Positions 59,526 to 64,000 of a DNA stretch of 64,000 nucleotides are shown here, one piece after another. The position numbers were made by a program, and so were the translations under genes. Position 1 is the first letter of the stretch, and each line of letters begins with the position of its first letter. The notes under the pieces were generated by a model. That model saw only the letters and a list, made by a program, of their open reading frames with translations, did no database searches and was not told the DNA's origin. This DNA comes from Nitriliruptoraceae bacterium (GTDB lineage Bacteria; Actinomycetota; Nitriliruptoria; Nitriliruptorales; Nitriliruptoraceae), in contig JAFIEQ010000003.1 in assembly GCA_020832455.1 (NCBI GenBank), forward strand, positions 1,393 through 65,392. Direction: 5' to 3'.

Positions 59526-62210
59526 ATGGACCACACGTTCGACCACGTGCTCAAGGACGGGACCACCGTCCACGTCCGGACGATCCGGCCGGACGACGGT
59601 GAGCGGCTGCTCGGGATGTGGGCACGCACCTCTGCGGAGTCCCGACGGCTGCGCTTCCACGGACCGTTCAACCTCGACGAGCACAACGTCCGCCGGTTCA
59701 TCGACCTGGACCCGGCGCTGCAGTTCGCCGTCGTGGCGACCCGGGGGCGTGGCGAGCACGAGCGGATCGTCGCCGTGGCCCGCTACGAGCGGGACCCGGA
59801 TCACCCCGAACAGGCCGAGTTCGCGGCGTTGGTCCAGGACGACCTGCAGGGCAAGGGCGTGGGCACGGTGCTGGTCCGCCAGGTCGCACTGGCCGCGGAG
59901 GCCGCCGGCATCACCCACCTCTCGGGTGACATCCTCGCCGACAACGTGCGGATGCTGAACCTCGTGCGTGAGCTCGGGTTGGAGTACACCTCCGGCAACG
60001 ACATGGGCGTGGTGCGTTCCGACCTCGACACCCAGGTGACCGACCACTTCCTCGACGTGGTCGACGCCGAGGAGCGACGCGCCGCCCAGGCGGCACTCGG
60101 ACGGTTCTTCCGGCCGGAGAAGGTGGCCATCGTCGGTGCGTCACGCGACCGGACCTCGATCGGTGGTCTGCTCCTCGACAACGTGCTGCAGGGCGGGTTC
60201 GAGGGGGTCGTCTACCCGGTCAACCCCAACGCCCGCTACGTCCAGAGCGTGGCCGCCTACCCCAGCCTGCGTGCGTGCCCGGAGGTCCCGGACCTGGTGG
60301 TGGTCGCCGTGCCGGGCCCGCTGGTGGCCGAGGTCGTCGACGAAGCGGGCGAACTGGGGGTCAGCGCGGTGTGCGTCATCTCCGCCGGGTTCGCGGAGAT
60401 GGGTGGCGAGGGGGTCGCGCGCCAGCAGCACCTGCTCGACACGGCCAGCAACCACGGGTTGCGCCTGGTCGGCCCGAACTGCATGGGCCTGATGAACGGC
60501 AACGCCGCCGTGCGCCTCAACGCCACCTTCTCCACGACGTTCCCCTCGCCGGGGCGAGTGTCGATGTCCTCGCAGTCCGGCGCGTTGGGTCTGGCCGTGC
60601 TCGAGCACGTGCACGCGCGGGAACTCGGGATCGCCAGCTTCGTGTCGGTGGGCAACAAGGTCGACATCTCCGGCAACGACCTGTTGCTGTACTGGGAGGA
60701 CGACCCGGACACCGAGGTCTGCGTGATGTACCTCGAGTCCTTCGGCAACCCCCGCCGGTTCTCCCGGATCGCCCGCCGGATCTCGCGGCGCAAGCCGATC
60801 GTGGTCGTCAAGTCCGGGCGGACCAGCTCCGGGGCCCGTGCCGCGTCGTCGCACACCGCGGCCATCGGGACCGGCGACACGGCCGTGGAGGCGCTGTTCG
60901 AGCAGACCGGGGTGATCCGCACCGACACCCTGGAGGAGATGTTCGACGTGGCGACCCTGCTGTCGAGCCAGGGGCTCCCCCGCGGTCGCAAGGTCGGCGT
61001 ACTGACCAACGCCGGCGGACCGGCCATCCTGGCGGCCGACGCGCTGGAGTCCAACGGTCTCGAGGTCCCGCGGCTCTCCGACCGCACGGTGGCCCAGCTC
61101 GCCGAGTTCCTGCCCGCCGAGGCAGGGATCAACAACCCGGTGGACATGATCGCCTCCGCCTCACCGGCGTCCTACGGCCGCGCGCTTGAGATCCTGGGCC
61201 ACGCCGACGAGATCGACATGGTCTTCGTGATCTACATCCCCACCGCGCAGACCACGGTCGACTCCGTGGCGCAGGCGCTGGTCGAGGCCGCAGCCGGTCT
61301 GCCCGACGACGTCCCGGTCGTCAGCGTCGTGATGTCCACGAGCGGGATCCCAGCGCCACTGACGCGCGCCCACATCCCCACCTTCGCGTTCCCGGAGGCC
61401 GCGGCGCGCGCCATGGGCCGTGTCGCCCGCTACGCCACCTGGCGACGCCAGACACTCGGTACCCCGATCGAGCCGGACGGCATCGATCGTGCCGGGGCGC
61501 GCGCGGTCGTCGACCGGGCGCTCGCGAGCACCGGCCGAGAGGACGGCGCGGTGTGGCTGCCCGCGGGGCAGGCCGCGTCGTTGCTCGGGGCCTACGGCAT
61601 CCCGCTGGCGCGGGCCGAGGTGGCCACCACCGCCGAGGCAGCTGCCGGGATCGCGGCCGAGCTGCAGGGTCCCGTCGCGGTCAAGGTCGCGGCGCCGATC
61701 CACAAGGCGGACGTCGGCGGGGTCCGCCTCGGGCTGCACGGCGCCGAGGAGGTCCGGGCCGCGGTGGCGGACATGCGTGACCAGCTCATCGGGCAGGGAC
61801 TGGGACACCACGCCGACGCGTTCCTCATCCAGGAGATGGTCGACGAGGGCGTCGAGATGGTGGTCGGTGTCACGCACGACCCGAGCTTCGGACCCATCGT
61901 GGTCACCGGGGCCGGCGGCACGCTCGTGGAGCTGCTGAAGGACGTGAGCGTGCGCATCACCCCGCTGACCGACCGGGACGTGGATGGCATGCTGTCGAGC
62001 CTGCGCATGGCGCCGCTGCTGTCCGGCTACCGGGGGAGTCCTCCCGCCGACATCGACGCACTCAAGGACCTGTTGCACCGGGTCAACGCGATGGTGGAGG
62101 ACATCCCCGAGGTGGCCGAGTTGGACCTCAACCCCGTGTTCGTCCGCCCGGAAGGACAGGGGGTCGTCGCCGTCGACGTCCGGCTGAAGCTGGCTCCCGT
62201 CCCCGCGTGA
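59526..62210 (+). CDS. Bifunctional GNAT acetyltransferase / ADP-forming acyl-CoA synthetase-like protein (Pat-type protein acetyltransferase, GNAT at the N-terminus)
   Basis: N-terminal GNAT (..VQDDLQGKGVGTVLV..), CoA-binding (VAIVGASRD..), ligase-CoA domains (..VGPNCMG..) and a C-terminal ATP-grasp. Confidence 0.9.
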   Translation: MDHTFDHVLKDGTTVHVRTIRPDDGERLLGMWARTSAESRRLRFHGPFNLDEHNVRRFIDLDPALQFAVVATRGRGEHERIVAVARYERDPDHPEQAEFAALVQDDLQGKGVGTVLVRQVALAAEAAGITHLSGDILADNVRMLNLVRELGLEYTSGNDMGVVRSDLDTQVTDHFLDVVDAEERRAAQAALGRFFRPEKVAIVGASRDRTSIGGLLLDNVLQGGFEGVVYPVNPNARYVQSVAAYPSLRACPEVPDLVVVAVPGPLVAEVVDEAGELGVSAVCVISAGFAEMGGEGVARQQHLLDTASNHGLRLVGPNCMGLMNGNAAVRLNATFSTTFPSPGRVSMSSQSGALGLAVLEHVHARELGIASFVSVGNKVDISGNDLLLYWEDDPDTEVCVMYLESFGNPRRFSRIARRISRRKPIVVVKSGRTSSGARAASSHTAAIGTGDTAVEALFEQTGVIRTDTLEEMFDVATLLSSQGLPRGRKVGVLTNAGGPAILAADALESNGLEVPRLSDRTVAQLAEFLPAEAGINNPVDMIASASPASYGRALEILGHADEIDMVFVIYIPTAQTTVDSVAQALVEAAAGLPDDVPVVSVVMSTSGIPAPLTRAHIPTFAFPEAAARAMGRVARYATWRRQTLGTPIEPDGIDRAGARAVVDRALASTGREDGAVWLPAGQAASLLGAYGIPLARAEVATTAEAAAGIAAELQGPVAVKVAAPIHKADVGGVRLGLHGAEEVRAAVADMRDQLIGQGLGHHADAFLIQEMVDEGVEMVVGVTHDPSFGPIVVTGAGGTLVELLKDVSVRITPLTDRDVDGMLSSLRMAPLLSGYRGSPPADIDALKDLLHRVNAMVEDIPEVAELDLNPVFVRPEGQGVVAVDVRLKLAPVPA

Positions 62211-62228
62211 GCCGGCGGTCGGCGTCGC

Positions 62229-63362
62229 TCAGCGTTCGGGGACCCGCTGGCCGCGGCCGGCCAGGTCGATGACCCGGCTGGCGCCGTCGGGGTCGGACGA
62301 GCGGTCCGTGTCGGGGAGGCGGATGGTCGCGATGGTGCCGCCGTGCGACGCGGTCCCGACCAGCACGTCCCCACCGAGCTGCCGCGCCAGCCGGCGGGCG
62401 GTGTAGAGCCCCATCCCGATGCCCGCGTGCGAGCGCCGCAGCGAGGCGTCCGCCTGGGTGAACGGCTCGAACGCGAGCCGTTCGTACCCCGATGGCAGCC
62501 CGGGCCCGTGATCGGTCAGCGAGAGCTCGAGGTGGCCACCGTCACGATGGCACGCCACCTCGATCGGGGAGTCGGGCGGGGAGAACTTGGCCGCGTTGTC
62601 GAGCAGGCAGCGCAGCGCCACCCACAGGTAGGGCTCCACGGTCACGATGCGGCAGTCGGCGGGGAGGTCGACCTCGAGCCGCTCCTCGAGGTCCGCCCGC
62701 AACGACCCGGCGACCTGTTCGATCAGGGCGGGCACGGCGATCTCCACCAACGACGCGTCGTCGGCGGTGACCGCATCCGCGTCGAGGCGGCGGCGCATCA
62801 GCTGCTGCAGGTCCCCGTCGGTCGTCCCCGGCGGCACCTCGCTGCCACTGGCCTCCGCGGCGGCGAGCACCACGTGGACCATCGACTCCAGCCGGAGCGT
62901 CGCCCGCCAGGTCGCGTCCAACAGCCGGTGGTGCGCGGGGTCCAGCGTGCCCGCCTCCGAGCGGTTGAGGATCTCCACCCCACCTCGGATCACCGTCAGC
63001 GGGGTGCGCAGCTCGTGGCTCACCAACTGCACGAGCGCCGCCCGGTCGTCACCGAGCGATCGTTCACGCGCCGCGAGCTGGCGCTCCCGACGCCGCTGGC
63101 GGGCCCCGCCGATGCACTGGGCCGCACCCGCACCGACCAGCAGCCCCCCGACCACGGCGATACCCACCTTCGCCAACGCCACCGAGGTGGACGGGCCCGC
63201 GCCGGGCGCCGCGAGCAGGGACCCGACCACGACGAGTACGCCGCCGACTAGGACGAGGGCGACACCGATCCGTCGATCGGACCACGCGGGGCGGGCCGCC
63301 CCGGTCGGGGCGGCCTCGGACGAACGCGGCGACGGCTCGGTCGCGGGGGCGTCGGCGGTCAT
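62229..63362 (-). CDS. Membrane sensor histidine kinase
   Basis: Two TM segments (IGVALVLVGGVLVVVGSLL, IAVVGGLLVGAGAA), the H-box SHELRTPLTVIRGG, and HATPase_c (..GIGMGLYTARRLARQLGGDV..). Confidence 0.85.
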   Translation of the reverse strand: MTADAPATEPSPRSSEAAPTGAARPAWSDRRIGVALVLVGGVLVVVGSLLAAPGAGPSTSVALAKVGIAVVGGLLVGAGAAQCIGGARQRRRERQLAARERSLGDDRAALVQLVSHELRTPLTVIRGGVEILNRSEAGTLDPAHHRLLDATWRATLRLESMVHVVLAAAEASGSEVPPGTTDGDLQQLMRRRLDADAVTADDASLVEIAVPALIEQVAGSLRADLEERLEVDLPADCRIVTVEPYLWVALRCLLDNAAKFSPPDSPIEVACHRDGGHLELSLTDHGPGLPSGYERLAFEPFTQADASLRRSHAGIGMGLYTARRLARQLGGDVLVGTASHGGTIATIRLPDTDRSSDPDGASRVIDLAGRGQRVPER

Positions 63363-63490
63363 CACGCTCCTCGTCCACGGTCCGGGGGAACCGGCGCCGC
63401 CGTCGATCCAGGGGACGATCGACGGCGGGAGGTCGGGCATCCCCCGACAGGAATGACGCGGGAGGGGTGACCGCGTCTCGTACCCGACCT

Positions 63491-63521
63491 CGTCATCGCA
63501 TCGGGGCGCGAGGCGATGACG
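63491..63521 (-). terminator. Candidate terminator hairpin after the small signal-peptide ORF
   Basis: Perfect 9-bp inverted repeat cgtcatcgc / gcgatgacg with a 13-nt loop, starting 11 nt past the TAG at 63532. Confidence 0.45.
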
Positions 63522-63531
63522 CCGGAGGTCT

Positions 63532-63627
63532 CTAGAAGCCCATGTTGCTGAGGCCGGCGAACGCGGGGGTGGCGGCCAGGGTCAGCAGCGCGGACGAGAG
63601 GACGATGGTGGTGAGACGACGCTTCAC
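63532..63627 (-). CDS. Putative 31-aa secreted pre-peptide (not in the ORF track)
   Basis: Hand translation gives V(M)KRRLTTIVLSSALLTLAATPAFAGLSNMGF*. GGAG lies 8 nt upstream of the GTG. The sequence has a KRR n-region, a hydrophobic core and an AFA cleavage-type motif; 28 of 30 third positions are G/C; a hairpin follows. Confidence 0.45.
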   Translation of the reverse strand: MKRRLTTIVLSSALLTLAATPAFAGLSNMGF

Positions 63628-63764
63628 GGCGGGGACTCCTCGGGCTCGACGGGCGGCGGGGGGATCGCCGCGGACCGCCTCGGGGGCTCGGCGGCAGCCG
63701 CATCATGGGACAGCGGTGTCTCGGAGGTGTCTCAGCAGCCCGACAACGGCGCGCGACCTCGCGC

Positions 63765-63980
63765 TCACCGAGCGCGGTGGCCCCGGGTCCGCACGCGCCG
63801 CCCGTCCTCACGCAGCGCGGCCAGATCCCGGCGGACCGTGGCCTCACTGACGTCCAGCACCCCGGCGAGGTCGCCCACGGTCGGCACGCCGTCCGCGGCC
63901 TCGATGCTGCGCACGACGGCCAACAGCGTGGCCCGACGCGCCGCCACCGGGTCGGCATCGGTCTCCTCCGGGAGCTCCAC
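63765..63980 (-). CDS. Small DeoR-like HTH protein (may extend beyond the window edge)
   Basis: ..VPTVGDLAGVLDVSEATVRRDLAALREDG.. is a DeoR-type HTH. The frame remains open upstream to base 64000. Confidence 0.5.
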   Translation of the reverse strand: MELPEETDADPVAARRATLLAVVRSIEAADGVPTVGDLAGVLDVSEATVRRDLAALREDGRRVRTRGHRAR

Positions 63981-64000
63981 GACGACCTCGAGCCGCTCGT

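Overview
High-GC (by eye above 70%), densely coding, actinobacterial-type chromosomal segment with about 55 genes. I recognised no rRNA, tRNA, CRISPR array, transposase, integrase or phage genes. Most of the content is housekeeping or metabolic: metH, aceE, purM, tdk, a class I DAHP synthase, a gabD-like aldehyde dehydrogenase, a Leu/Val/Phe dehydrogenase, a Ser/Thr dehydratase, a P-type ATPase, a CPA2 antiporter and ferritin. There is also a catabolic cluster (LigB-LigA dioxygenase, citryl-CoA-lyase-like, family III CoA-transferase, IclR), three histidine kinases with no response regulator in the window, and two very large ATPase-type regulators. Many long ORFs in the track are antisense shadows typical of high-GC DNA and are not called. 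Four things stand out. (1) Four 80-120 nt tracts almost free of A/T (5253..5345, 30945..31060, 39819..39899, 42075..42162) are built of long C and G runs and flanked by degenerate copies of the adjacent sequence. Two of them break otherwise continuous large genes. I read them as probable assembly or consensus artefacts, but they would be remarkable if real. (2) A translationally coupled four-gene operon (10517..2509, minus strand) encodes an ECF sigma factor, a membrane-anchored Ser-Pro-linker protein and two tandem ~1,020-1,030 aa membrane-anchored Cys-containing paralogs with no domain I can name. This is the best candidate for an undescribed envelope system. (3) A second aceE-like gene carries at least three frameshifts while all large neighbouring genes are intact. 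(4) A 31-codon signal-peptide ORF, missing from the ORF track, has its own RBS and a downstream hairpin and lies next to a membrane histidine kinase. All calls rest on reading translated ORFs and motifs from memory; no searches were run.
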